Shown piece by piece: positions 1 to 9,456 of a stretch of 64,000 bases of DNA. Numbering within the stretch: position 1 is the first letter of the stretch; each line of letters starts with the position of its first letter. The notes under the pieces were generated by a model, which saw nothing but the letters and a program-made list of their open reading frames with translations, made no database searches and was not told the DNA's origin. This DNA comes from Candidatus Bathyarchaeota archaeon. GTDB lineage: Archaea > Thermoproteota > Bathyarchaeia > Bathyarchaeales > Bathycorpusculaceae. The stretch is taken from contig CAWHVC010000003.1 in assembly GCA_963832745.1 (NCBI GenBank), positions 352,001 through 416,000 on the forward strand. Reading direction: 5' to 3'. A program made the translations under genes and the position numbers.

Positions 1-452
1 AGCAGTAGTGTTATAACGTTTGGGTAACCACCCCAAAGCAGCATTTCGATATCAAACCGTGAAATAGCCACAAGGAAGGCCACCACTATAGCTGCGGATT
101 CCCTCCAAACGGCTCGTGTTATGAGATAGGAAGCAAGGACGATTACGGATGAAAAGAGTGAAACAACCACTGAATGCACTAAGTATTCAGGCATCCCTGT
201 TAGCACCATTATTTGGGCAACAAAAATGTGATAACCCGGAAAAGTAAGGGATAACCCGCCGCCCATCTGGTAAAAGTTGTAAAGAAAATTAACGTTGCCG
301 CCTTGATTGATTGAGTAAATTACACTGTTATGTAAACCTATATCGGCACCTGAAGGATAGGTTCCGTGAGTCATCAATAGAAAACGGTATAGAAAAGCAA
401 AAACAAAGATTGCGAAGAGCAGTATCAGATGCTTGTTTGTATCTTTAACCAT
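1..452 (-). CDS. Polytopic membrane protein, probable GT-C fold glycosyltransferase (5' part; runs off the window)
   Basis: Manual translation from ATG 452: MVKDTNKHLILLFAIFVFAFLYRFLLMTHGTYPSGADIGLH...FPGYH...WGGYPN. An N-terminal TM helix, a D-x-x-x-H loop and several further TM helices. Confidence 0.6.
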   Translation of the reverse strand, partial: MVKDTNKHLILLFAIFVFAFLYRFLLMTHGTYPSGADIGLHNSVIYSINQGGNVNFLYNFYQMGGGLSLTFPGYHIFVAQIMVLTGMPEYLVHSVVVSLFSSVIVLASYLITRAVWRESAAIVVAFLVAISRFDIEMLLWGGYPNVITLL

Positions 453-575
453 ATGTTGGCCCCTGTTAAACGTGCCTTTCCTTTTAAGCGTGTACTAAGA
501 TGGTAGAGTTAAAGTTTAAATATGAATCTCGAGTATAAAAGCCCAGAGCATAAAACGGAAAAACAGGTGTTTATA

Positions 576-1001
576 ATGTCCTGGCTTAAATCTATGATGG
601 AAAAAGAACCTCCAGAACCAGAAAATCCACTAGGCACAGTAGTAATCGGAAACATTGAACCAGACATGCACGATACAGCAAAAGAAGCAGTCCGCCGATC
701 ATTAAAACGCGCAGGATTCAAAACAATCGACGTTGGAAAAAGCGTTGCACCACAAGTTTTTGTTGACAAAGCAAAAGAAAATAATGCAGACATCATTGCA
801 CTCTCAATTAACACTGTACCAGCAAAGAACAACTTAGCAAAACTTGACGAAGCACTCAAAGCAGCAGGCCTCAAAGACAAAGTCGGCATAATCATGGGCG
901 GCGCAGCAGTCAAGAAAGAAGATGCAGATGCATTTGGTGCACTCTTCGGCAAAAACAAGGAAGAAGCCCCAGAGTTAGCCAAGAAAGCACTCAAAAAATA
1001 A
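576..1001 (+). CDS. Cobalamin-binding corrinoid protein of a methyltransferase system
   Basis: Motifs EPDMHDTAK (variant of DxHxxG), ADIIALS and IMGGAAV. ATG 576 follows AGGTG and is preferred over 522. Confidence 0.85.
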   Translation: MSWLKSMMEKEPPEPENPLGTVVIGNIEPDMHDTAKEAVRRSLKRAGFKTIDVGKSVAPQVFVDKAKENNADIIALSINTVPAKNNLAKLDEALKAAGLKDKVGIIMGGAAVKKEDADAFGALFGKNKEEAPELAKKALKK

Positions 1002-1021
1002 TCTCTGGCTGATGAGGCAAC

Positions 1022-1930
1022 ATGCAGAAATTCAATACCCCCCAAAATATCTATGAAATTGGAAGAGTAAAAGTAGGTGGCCAGCCCGGAGAGCTACCAA
1101 CATTCCTAATTGGCTCAATTTTCTGGCTTGGTCAAAAGATGGTTTCTGATGCAAACAAAGGCATTTTTGATCCTAAAGCTGCAGAAGACATAATCAACAG
1201 ATGCCAAACACAAAGCGACATCAGCGGCGTACCATTCGGTCTCGACATTGTCGGAACAACCGAGACTGCATTCGAGAAATACTTTGACTTCGTTTCCACA
1301 CACAGTGACGTACCACTCATGCTAGATGCAATGAGTCCAAAGACCCGTATGGCTGCAGCAAACATTGCAAAAAGAATGGGCCTTGAAAAAAGATGCTTCT
1401 ACAACTCAGTATACAAAGGAGTAACCGATGCTGAGTTAGCAAACTTGAAAGAAAGCGGCATCACAATGTCAATCGTCCTTGCAGACGACCCACACGACAC
1501 AACACTTGAAGGCAAAATGAAAGTCATCGAGGAAGCCTTAGCACTTGCAGCTAAAGGTGGAATCACACAACCACTCATCGACACGGCCATTCCAGCCTTT
1601 GAACCAGACATGGGAACCTCAGTAAGAGCCATTCCAATCATGAAAGAGAAGTATGGTCATCCTGTAGGCTTAGGCAGCGGCAACGTTGTCACAACCATGG
1701 GTTGGGTAAAAGCAAACATTGAGAAAACATACCGCAAAGGCACAGTCACGGCAACAAATGCAATCTTGCAAACAATGGGTGCAAACTGGTTAATGATCGG
1801 TCCAGCTGAACAGGCTGAGTGGGTCTTCCCAGCAGTTGCAGTCGTTGACGCATATATTGCATCAGCAGGCGCAGATCTTGGTACACGTCCATTAGAAGAT
1901 ACACATCCAATATTCAAGATGTTCATGTAA
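1022..1930 (+). CDS. MtrH/MtgA-family methylcorrinoid:pterin methyltransferase
   Basis: N-terminal motif GGQPGELPTFLIGSIF, YNS motif and C-terminal HPIFKMF are typical of the MtrH family. Confidence 0.85.
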   Translation: MQKFNTPQNIYEIGRVKVGGQPGELPTFLIGSIFWLGQKMVSDANKGIFDPKAAEDIINRCQTQSDISGVPFGLDIVGTTETAFEKYFDFVSTHSDVPLMLDAMSPKTRMAAANIAKRMGLEKRCFYNSVYKGVTDAELANLKESGITMSIVLADDPHDTTLEGKMKVIEEALALAAKGGITQPLIDTAIPAFEPDMGTSVRAIPIMKEKYGHPVGLGSGNVVTTMGWVKANIEKTYRKGTVTATNAILQTMGANWLMIGPAEQAEWVFPAVAVVDAYIASAGADLGTRPLEDTHPIFKMFM

Positions 1931-1993
1931 CATCTCTTCCTTTTTATTTTTATATTTTTTAAATTAATTTTTATTTAAGTAAGTGTATTTAAT

Positions 1994-2413
1994 GTGTTTA
2001 TGAAACCCATCCGCTGGCTAGAAATAATCCTTCTGATAACAGCAGTTACCATGCTTTGCGTGTACCTTATTCCAGCAGATTCACCAGCAGTTTTCATCCG
2101 TTACGCATTAGGCATCTTTTTCGTGATTGTAATCCCAGGAAACTGCTTAGTCAACATATTGTTTAGAAAAAGAAACAAGCTAGACCTTATAGAAGAAGCG
2201 GTTCTAAGTGTAGCATTAAGCTTTGGATTAGTAGGCATTGCAGGATTATTCCTTGGACTATCACCAATAGGAATGAACGACACCTCAATCGTCGTGTCCT
2301 TAAGCGGCATAACGTTGATCTTAGCAGCAGTGGCTTACCTGTTAAAAGCTAAAGATGCAAGCCATCCAGAGCAACAAGCAACGTTGCTAAAGCAGCAAAC
2401 TAACAATTTTTAA
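1994..2413 (+). CDS. DUF1616-like membrane protein
   Basis: Four TM segments with the pattern IPG...LF...LDLIEEAVLSVALS. Confidence 0.6.
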   Translation: MFMKPIRWLEIILLITAVTMLCVYLIPADSPAVFIRYALGIFFVIVIPGNCLVNILFRKRNKLDLIEEAVLSVALSFGLVGIAGLFLGLSPIGMNDTSIVVSLSGITLILAAVAYLLKAKDASHPEQQATLLKQQTNNF

Positions 2414-3459
2414 AGTAAAGACTTTTGAAGCAATGCCATTACAGCCTGCTTAGTGAAAGGGGGCAAATTAACCTCTGCAAAACCTTGACAAGATTCTTTT
2501 GCAGGTTTTCTATTAGAAAGCAAGTCTCCAAACCCGGCACTTAACTTGTCAACGTCTCCGAGTTCATTTGGAAGTAAATCTTTTTTGTAGTCATCATCCA
2601 ACTTAGCAGCTGCCAGCAGAAACGCTGCAGAAACTGAATTCTCCATCAAAACCTGCTTCAACTTGGAAGCAACAGTTTTTTGGTCGCCGAAAACTTGGGC
2701 TTTTGAAAGCTCATCAGCTAAATGTTCTATTGATAGGTGTCGCTCTTCAAGCCTTCGCGTGAGCGTTCGTCCTTTATGTTGTCCTTCCTGCTTGTCTGCG
2801 GCTTCCTTAACTGCTTGTCGAACAGCGCTGCCGACAAGTTGCCCGATTGTTGAGGCAGGTCCGCCTAACTCTATTTTTTCACCTTGCCCTGTAACAGCTA
2901 CAGATAGACTGTCCGTTATGGTTCCGGTTGCAGCGTCACCTGTGTATCGACTGCGTATGTCATAATCGTTCATTGCAGCGGTTTTAGCTTCGGTTGCTGT
3001 TAAGAAAAGGCTGACTAGGCAACTGTCTGTTGGGTTACCGTTTAGGAAAACAATTATGTTTATTGTTCCATGCGTGTAGTGGCTGTTTTCTATGTCTTCG
3101 CCTGAGGATTCGCCATGTCTCCATCCAGCAGTGGCTACCACGGTTATTGTTATGTCACCGATTTGCCGGGTGGTTATGGAGAGGTTTTGGATTTTTGCGG
3201 CTGTAAGCATTGCTACAAAGTCGCTTGTTATTTTGAGGTTTTTCTGTGCGTCATAGATTAGGTTGATTGGGTCGTCGTGGAGGTGTTTGTCGTTGTAGCC
3301 GTCTGGTACAGAAACGTTTAGGACAGCGTTTACTTTTTTGAAGCCTCCATTGTAGATGCCTGAGCTTATGGTCGCTAGGGGTGTGTCACTGATTACTGCT
3401 ACTATGTTGTCTTTTGTCACTATTTTGGCGGATGTGTTGGGTAATGGGTATTGTTTCAT
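2410..3459 (-). CDS. cbiZ: Adenosylcobinamide amidohydrolase (corrinoid salvage)
   Basis: Motifs MLTAA, GTINII, TATEAK and ATGTITDS. Confidence 0.85.
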   Translation of the reverse strand: MKQYPLPNTSAKIVTKDNIVAVISDTPLATISSGIYNGGFKKVNAVLNVSVPDGYNDKHLHDDPINLIYDAQKNLKITSDFVAMLTAAKIQNLSITTRQIGDITITVVATAGWRHGESSGEDIENSHYTHGTINIIVFLNGNPTDSCLVSLFLTATEAKTAAMNDYDIRSRYTGDAATGTITDSLSVAVTGQGEKIELGGPASTIGQLVGSAVRQAVKEAADKQEGQHKGRTLTRRLEERHLSIEHLADELSKAQVFGDQKTVASKLKQVLMENSVSAAFLLAAAKLDDDYKKDLLPNELGDVDKLSAGFGDLLSNRKPAKESCQGFAEVNLPPFTKQAVMALLQKSLL

Positions 3460-3678
3460 GTTGCCACGCTTGTTGCTGTGTTAGGTTTGTAGGATTTAAA
3501 ATGTTTTGTGTTGCAGATTTAATGTTAAAAACCCGTTTTTTGGATGATTGCTTGCCAATATGTCCAATTTTTTAGGTTTTTTTCTTACAGGTGTTTACAT
3601 TTTTTTTGTTTTAGTAATCATACGGATAAACTTAAATAGTTGACAGGGGAGAGAAAGGGGTAATGTGAGGGAACAAGA

Positions 3679-4668
3679 ATGACACTTGACCCAAAAGAAT
3701 ACACTCACCTTATCCCAGAAACCAAAACAATAGTCAACAAAGTCGTCAAAAATAACCTTGGCGACGGCATATTATTCTCCGCTGGAACAGACACTTCAAT
3801 AATCGCCTACGAAGCAGTAAAATACAAACCCGACCTCCCAGCCTTAACCATCGCGTTTAAACAAGGCAGCCCAAAAGACACCCAGTACGTTAAAAAAATG
3901 GTTGAATTCCTAAAACTCAAAGACCACCAAACCCACGTCTTCGACGTAGAAGAAGCCTTAGAAAACGTACCAAAAGTAGTTAAAGCACTAAAAACTTTTG
4001 ACCCCATGGACGTAAGAAACAGCATGCCTGTTTACATCGGCTTAACACTCTTAAAAGAGAAAGGCTTATCAAAAATTTTGACCGGTGACGGGTTAGACGA
4101 ACTTTTTGGTTACCCATGGCAGTTCCATCTCTCTGAAGAGGAACTTTATAAGAAACAGCTTGATATGTGGGCAGAAATGGGTTTTAGCAGCATTCCACTT
4201 TCGAAATCTTTGGGAATGGAAGTAAAACAGCCGTATCTTGACCCCCTGTTTATGGATTGGGCAAAAAAGCTGCCGATAAAAGTTAAAATTAACATGCATG
4301 ACGGCGAAAAATACAGCAAATGGTTACTACGCAAAGCCTATGAAGACGTTATCCCCAAAGAAGTCATTTGGAGGCCTAAAGCACCGCTTGAAGCAGGCAC
4401 AGGAGCAGCTGCATTAAACACTGTTCTACAAGAGCAATTTACAGACGCCGAATTTGCAGAGAAGAAAAAGGCTATTCTTGAAGCGGATAATGTGCAAATC
4501 CGCGATAAAGAACAACTGCTCTATTATGAGGCATTCAGGAAAATCTTTGGCAAACCATCTGAAGTTTTCCCAAATCCAGGCGACGGCGCAAAGCAGTGTC
4601 CGCAATGCAAAGGCTTCGTTAAGACGAGAATTCAGTTCTGCAGAATCTGCGGAGCGTACCCTATCTAA
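3679..4668 (+). CDS. Asparagine-synthase C-terminal (ATP pyrophosphatase) domain protein with a C-terminal Zn ribbon
   Basis: PP-loop variant SAGTDTS, TGDGLDELFGY, PYLD, KWLLRKA and CPQC...CRIC. No glutaminase domain. Confidence 0.75.
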   Translation: MTLDPKEYTHLIPETKTIVNKVVKNNLGDGILFSAGTDTSIIAYEAVKYKPDLPALTIAFKQGSPKDTQYVKKMVEFLKLKDHQTHVFDVEEALENVPKVVKALKTFDPMDVRNSMPVYIGLTLLKEKGLSKILTGDGLDELFGYPWQFHLSEEELYKKQLDMWAEMGFSSIPLSKSLGMEVKQPYLDPLFMDWAKKLPIKVKINMHDGEKYSKWLLRKAYEDVIPKEVIWRPKAPLEAGTGAAALNTVLQEQFTDAEFAEKKKAILEADNVQIRDKEQLLYYEAFRKIFGKPSEVFPNPGDGAKQCPQCKGFVKTRIQFCRICGAYPI

Positions 4669-4800
4669 ATATTTTCCATTCTTTTCTTATTTGAAAAACA
4701 TAACACAAAGTATTTGAATAAATTTTGCTAATAAAATGATTTTTTAACCAAATTTGGCACAATTAAAACTTAAATATGTGAAGATTTAATACTTGACACT

Positions 4801-4810
4801 CGATATATCG
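4801..4810. promoter_or_regulatory. Perfect palindrome CGATATATCG, candidate operator
   Basis: Lies between a TATA-like AAACTTAAATA (about 4767) and a small ORF at 4839. Confidence 0.4.
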
Positions 4811-4838
4811 GAGTTTTTCAGGAAGAGGTTGAGGGGCA

Positions 4839-4946
4839 ATGGAACCAAATAAAAAAGGTATGCTTATCAAACTTGCAGCTGAACTTGAAACTTACGGATT
4901 TAAAGTCGAGATAGACTACAAAAAAGAAAAAATCAAAATAATCTAA
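4839..4946 (+). CDS. Small 35-aa protein (absent from the ORF track)
   Basis: MEPNKKGMLIKLAAELETYGFKVEIDYKKEKIKII, preceded by an SD-like GAGGGG. Confidence 0.45.
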   Translation: MEPNKKGMLIKLAAELETYGFKVEIDYKKEKIKII

Positions 4947-5048
4947 AAACCCAGACAAATTTCAATCAGGCTTGTTGTGTTAAATTTTGGGAAAGACTTA
5001 ATTCTTCAATCAGTGGTTTGTGAAACAACACAACGGAGGAAAAAACAC

Positions 5049-6095
5049 GTGGCAAATCTGTCACAGCTAAAGTTTGCAATGGCAACAGCAATCTTTCTTT
5101 CAGCATTCATATTTGGAATTTTCATATTCGCAATAGTCTACTTTCTGCAGCTTGACGCGGTAACAGGACTCATAGTAGCGCTTGGCGGTTCAGCCCTGTT
5201 TATCCTGTTCCAGTACGCAATCGGCCCAGCAATTGTAGCCATGACAACAAGACTACAATACGTTAAACCTGGCGAGTCACCATGGCTTGAAAAAACCGTT
5301 AAAGAACTCGCAGACAAAACCGGGCTGCCCATGCCTAAACTGGCGATTGTACCAAACAACACGCCTAACGCTTTTACGTTTGGCAGAAGCACAAGCGGCG
5401 CCACCTTAGCTGTGCACGAAGGCTTACTGCGGCAGCTTAACGAAGGTGAAGTCCGCGGCGTAATAGCCCACGAGCTTGGCCACATCAAACACAAAGACTA
5501 CATTGTTATGACTGTACTCTCCGCTTTACCCTTGATAGCTTACATGATTGCGCAGGTTACTTTACGTGCAGGCATGTTTTCAGGCGGTGGAAGAAGAGGC
5601 AAAGACAATAATGGAGGGGCAATCCTGCTTGCTATAGGTGCATTGTCATTTATTGTTTACATCATAACCTTTCTAATCGTGATGAGGCTTAGCAGGTTAC
5701 GTGAGCATTTTGCGGATGCTTTCTCGGCTTACTTGACGGGTTCACCCCGAGATTTAGAAAGCGCCTTAGCCAAAATCACTTATGGCTTATCTATTTCGCC
5801 AAAGCCTCCTGAAGGTGCAAGAGCATTCTATATTGAAGACCCAGCTACCGCAAAAGAAGAAGTTAAACGCATAATGGAAAACAAGAACAAGTACGACCTT
5901 GACCACGACGGCATTCTTGATGAGCGTGAACTGCAGTTGGCGATGGAGAAAGAAGCACACAGTACATGGACTCAACTAAACAGTCTCTTTGCGACACACC
6001 CGCCAACGTTCAAACGCATACTGCTGCTTAAAGAAATCGAAAACGAAATGGACACGGGCAAGTACGCTAACAACAAAATGTACACCCACGTCTAA
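5049..6095 (+). CDS. htpX: Zinc metalloprotease HtpX (M48)
   Basis: Motifs PNAF, HELGH, SRLREHFADA and THPP. GTG 5049 after GGAGG is the likely start. Confidence 0.92.
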   Translation: MANLSQLKFAMATAIFLSAFIFGIFIFAIVYFLQLDAVTGLIVALGGSALFILFQYAIGPAIVAMTTRLQYVKPGESPWLEKTVKELADKTGLPMPKLAIVPNNTPNAFTFGRSTSGATLAVHEGLLRQLNEGEVRGVIAHELGHIKHKDYIVMTVLSALPLIAYMIAQVTLRAGMFSGGGRRGKDNNGGAILLAIGALSFIVYIITFLIVMRLSRLREHFADAFSAYLTGSPRDLESALAKITYGLSISPKPPEGARAFYIEDPATAKEEVKRIMENKNKYDLDHDGILDERELQLAMEKEAHSTWTQLNSLFATHPPTFKRILLLKEIENEMDTGKYANNKMYTHV

Positions 6096-6109
6096 ACCCT
6101 CCCCAACTT

Positions 6110-8647
6110 TTAGAAGTAGTTTGAAAGATTATCAACCCTGTAACCATTAACAGCTTCACACACCGTTTTCGGAGTGTAACCTGCAAAATTTAACAAGTCA
6201 GCTGCTGAAGCATAAAGAAGCATCAAATACTTTTGTGTATCTGCGTTCAAGTTTTTGCCCACAAGCTGCTCTGCAACCACTCGCCTGTTATGCCGTCGGT
6301 TTTCCGAGTTGGTGAAAACAAAACGTATGCTGTTGCCAGCTTGCACATCCACGCCTTGTTCAAGCAACTGTTTTGCCGCGATTAATTGGCTTACACGTTG
6401 TCTGTACTGCCTAGGGTTTTTTGACAAGTGACGGGTAACCAGCAGGTCAGCTAATGGGATTTCTCGGTCGATTAATTTTTGCCGGTAATTTCTGAGTACG
6501 GCTATTGCGTCGGGAACCGTTTGTAGGAGTTCCTCTACGTTATCGGCATGTGCTAGAGCGTTTATCATTTCAGTTTGAGCATCATAAATAAAACGTGGAG
6601 TATCTCTTCGGCGAATTTCTAAGCCACGGATTTTGGTTTTGCCGTTTTCCAACACGCCAAAGTAACGGTTCAAAACGCTAACCCTCGGATGCAGTCGGGA
6701 TGGCAGAAAGGTTATCCATTTGTATTGCCCTTCAAAATTAATGGGGACTCCGACTTCTCGGCTGATAAGTTGACAGAGGTCGCTGTATTCGTCTTTGGTG
6801 GCGTTTGGTTTTTTTAGCCATAACGAGTCGACGATGCCGTGGAGAACCTCAAAACCGCAGTCTTCAGCGAGATGTGAAGCCTTAAGAAAAGCGTCCCTTG
6901 CATATGCACATACGCCGATGTGCCCATCAACTGTGCCGAACTTGGAGTTGCTAAAGCCTAAATAGCCGAAACAGGTGACCAAAATCCATTTCAAAGCGAC
7001 CTGGCGCCCCTCATACAGCTGCTTTAGACGCGGGTTTTGAGTTTGGTCTCTTAGGCGTTTATAGCTCAAACGTTTGGTTAATGCTAAATCGACTGTTTTA
7101 GGCACCATTCCAACACGTTTAGTGCAGATGTGATAGCCAAGTTCGGGAATGCGGACGGGCGAGTCGGGGCAGCATTTGCAGAGCACGGTTTCCGCGGAAA
7201 TGTTATACTTGCGCATCAGTGAGGGGTACATTGAGGAAAAATCTAGTTCTCCAACCTTGTCATGCAGCCCTAAGCGTGGCTCATAAACGAAGCCGCCGCG
7301 GTCACCGATGAGCAGGTCAAGGGCGGACTTGAAGGTTTCAGGAATCTTTTTGTTTCGAGGCAGCAGGATGTCGTCTTTTATTGCTTGGTAAGCCTGTATC
7401 GAGGACATACTGGAGCCGATGGAGAAACGAGCGGCAGTGTGTAGGGGTACCCGGCAGGTGCGGGCGATTTCGATTAAGCCGTCAAGCCCAGACTCTTTAA
7501 CTATGAACGTGTTGCTTTCGTCAACATGTATTCTGCCGTACAACCGCATTGTGCCAGCACGGTAAAATGTGTGTCCATAAGACCAGTAAGTATGCCCCCC
7601 TGAGTTTTTGCGGCTGAATCCAATGTTGTCCCTGCCTAAAATTAAGGCGTCAAGCACTTGGTTTTGGGCTGCACGGTGGATAAGATAGGGAAAAAGATAG
7701 GAGTCGCCAGAGCGGGTTATGATAATGTCCGGATCAAACTCCCGTACCGCATAGGTCATTTGGAGAATTTTGGTTGCTTCATCCCCATAATCAATTGCAA
7801 CCTCTTCTTTGCCAGGCTCCTTTAGGCGTATGCAGCCGATTTCGTCCTCAAAACTGTTAACCAAACCCCTTTTGGCTGCGTCAACGTCAAGCCGTATAAC
7901 CCGCAGGTCAGGGACAGCGTAATCGGTGCTTTCAACAGAATCCATCAGTCGATAGGTTAAGCCGTCCTGGGAAACTTTGATGTCTACAAACGCTAACGGG
8001 AATACGTCGCGGCTGAAAAAGTAGGAGCGGTCGTTTTGGATGTCACAGTTGTGCAGTTCATACCGCAAATAGTCGCCCATGCGCAGGATTTCGAGGGTGA
8101 GTTGGGGGATGCTTCGGCAGTCCCTAAGGGTTAACTGGAGTACACGAGATTTTTCGGCGTCGGTTACCTGTGCGTATTTGTAGACAAGGTCGAGACGGCT
8201 GATTTTTGGGTTGTCTTGTAACCGTCTGACTAAATCGTCAAGGTCACTCTGCTGTGCTGTTGATACGTAGAGGTATGGCTTAAACTTGTCAGTCAACCGG
8301 ACGCGGTCGCCGTTTTCAGCTATAACCCAAACCGCAACTTCTCCAGAACCTGCGGGGTAAGCGTCAAGTAACCACCCTCTAACTTGTCGTGATGACTGCT
8401 TAACTGCATCCAAAGCCTTCTCTAGGCGCATAATGGTTTTCTGTTGCGAAACCAAAATCGAAATCACCATAGGCTCAAACAGGATTGGCTGCACAGCGTT
8501 GCTTCCAGCTGAAGCGTAACTGCGGCAAGCATCCATCACCGCTTCAAAAGCATCCCGATCCTCGGTGCGCAGCGCTTTAGCAAAACCGTTCCACCTTCGA
8601 ATCTCGTTTTCTACGGCAATACGGTAGGATTCAACAGTTTTACCCAC
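6110..8647 (-). CDS. polB2: Family B DNA polymerase of the PolB2 group, with the small PolB2-associated protein fused at the N-terminus
   Basis: DFSSMYPS, KWILVTCFGYLG, HGIVDSLW (DTD replaced by IVD, as in PolB2) and RGLEIRRRD. The N-terminal MGKTVESYR...FEPM helical domain resembles the PolB2 partner protein. Confidence 0.85.
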   Translation of the reverse strand: MGKTVESYRIAVENEIRRWNGFAKALRTEDRDAFEAVMDACRSYASAGSNAVQPILFEPMVISILVSQQKTIMRLEKALDAVKQSSRQVRGWLLDAYPAGSGEVAVWVIAENGDRVRLTDKFKPYLYVSTAQQSDLDDLVRRLQDNPKISRLDLVYKYAQVTDAEKSRVLQLTLRDCRSIPQLTLEILRMGDYLRYELHNCDIQNDRSYFFSRDVFPLAFVDIKVSQDGLTYRLMDSVESTDYAVPDLRVIRLDVDAAKRGLVNSFEDEIGCIRLKEPGKEEVAIDYGDEATKILQMTYAVREFDPDIIITRSGDSYLFPYLIHRAAQNQVLDALILGRDNIGFSRKNSGGHTYWSYGHTFYRAGTMRLYGRIHVDESNTFIVKESGLDGLIEIARTCRVPLHTAARFSIGSSMSSIQAYQAIKDDILLPRNKKIPETFKSALDLLIGDRGGFVYEPRLGLHDKVGELDFSSMYPSLMRKYNISAETVLCKCCPDSPVRIPELGYHICTKRVGMVPKTVDLALTKRLSYKRLRDQTQNPRLKQLYEGRQVALKWILVTCFGYLGFSNSKFGTVDGHIGVCAYARDAFLKASHLAEDCGFEVLHGIVDSLWLKKPNATKDEYSDLCQLISREVGVPINFEGQYKWITFLPSRLHPRVSVLNRYFGVLENGKTKIRGLEIRRRDTPRFIYDAQTEMINALAHADNVEELLQTVPDAIAVLRNYRQKLIDREIPLADLLVTRHLSKNPRQYRQRVSQLIAAKQLLEQGVDVQAGNSIRFVFTNSENRRHNRRVVAEQLVGKNLNADTQKYLMLLYASAADLLNFAGYTPKTVCEAVNGYRVDNLSNYF

Positions 8648-8799
8648 CCACCTTGCCCCCTGTCGATGTTTTTTGCACTTTATTTTTTGCTCTCCATTTG
8701 AGGGACAGCAAAACCGTGCTCGCCGATTTAAACCGTCACTTCAAACTACCCCGCGGCAGAGTGGAGTCTGCAGTTAAAGTGAGCTAACACACCAAACGA

Positions 8800-8963
8800 C
8801 AACCTATTTGGAACCTAATAGAAACTCATTGCAGAAACCTATAGGGGGTAGCATAAAACTAAACGGCGACGGAGACTTTACCGCAACCGTTTCCAGCGGT
8901 AAACTGCAAATCACTAAGGGGGTAGGTGCTATTGGTTGAAAAACGAGGCATTAGTATGTTGAA
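8800..8963 (+). repeat. Dispersed non-coding repeat, copy 1 (long form)
   Basis: CAACCTATTTGGAACCTAATAG...CCTATAGGGGGTAG...CACTAAGGGGGTAGGTGCTATTGG...ATGTTGAA. Matches 30770-30863 and the reverse complement of 36436-36573. Confidence 0.85.
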
Positions 8964-8995
8964 AAAAAGTAGTTTGGGTAAGTTTTTTCTGCGTG

Positions 8996-9376
8996 TTACA
9001 TTGGTATTGTTTCGAAAAGTCCGAACACGTTTCCTTCAGGGTCTTTTGCTACTGCAAACCAACCCATTTGTGGAATCTCTGTTTTGGGAATAAGAACTTG
9101 TCCACCTAAATCTGTTAGTTTTTTGCTATATTCGTCTACTGATTCTACGTAGACATAGTTTAGGGCTTGTTGTTGAGGTTGTTCTCGTTTGTATAAGCCG
9201 CCGTTTACCCCCGGGCCCTTTAGGTTGCCTTTTTCATCCATGGGCACGGTTTCTATGCTGTAGTATTCCATGCCGGGAAGTTTGGTTATTTTCCAGCCGA
9301 ACAGGTCAACGTAGAATTGTTTGATTTTTTCTACGTCACTAGCTGGGATTTCAAAGTGAATTATTGTGTGATCCAT
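8996..9376 (-). CDS. VOC/glyoxalase family protein
   Basis: Motifs HFEIPA, FYVDLFGW, GVNGG and DPEGNVFGL. Confidence 0.9.
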   Translation of the reverse strand: MDHTIIHFEIPASDVEKIKQFYVDLFGWKITKLPGMEYYSIETVPMDEKGNLKGPGVNGGLYKREQPQQQALNYVYVESVDEYSKKLTDLGGQVLIPKTEIPQMGWFAVAKDPEGNVFGLFETIPM

Positions 9377-9456
9377 TAAAAATCGCCAAATAAAATAGAA
9401 GCGCTAAGAGTATAAGAAAATTGTTAACAAGAAAAAATCAAGAATTAGTCAAAAAC

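Noticed and set aside
509-1926. Antisense ORFs over the methyltransferase genes, and similar shadow ORFs throughout the window
   Set aside because: They mirror well-supported genes on the opposite strand and carry no motifs.
5890-5935. EF-hand-like DLDHDGILDEREL insertion in HtpX
   Set aside because: I recall this insertion from other archaeal HtpX proteins, so I do not treat it as novel.
8877-8925. ORB-like GTTTCCAGCGGTAAAC...GGGGGT
   Set aside because: A single imperfect match with no cdc6/orc1 nearby. It is better explained as a hairpin in the variable spacer of repeat copy 1.
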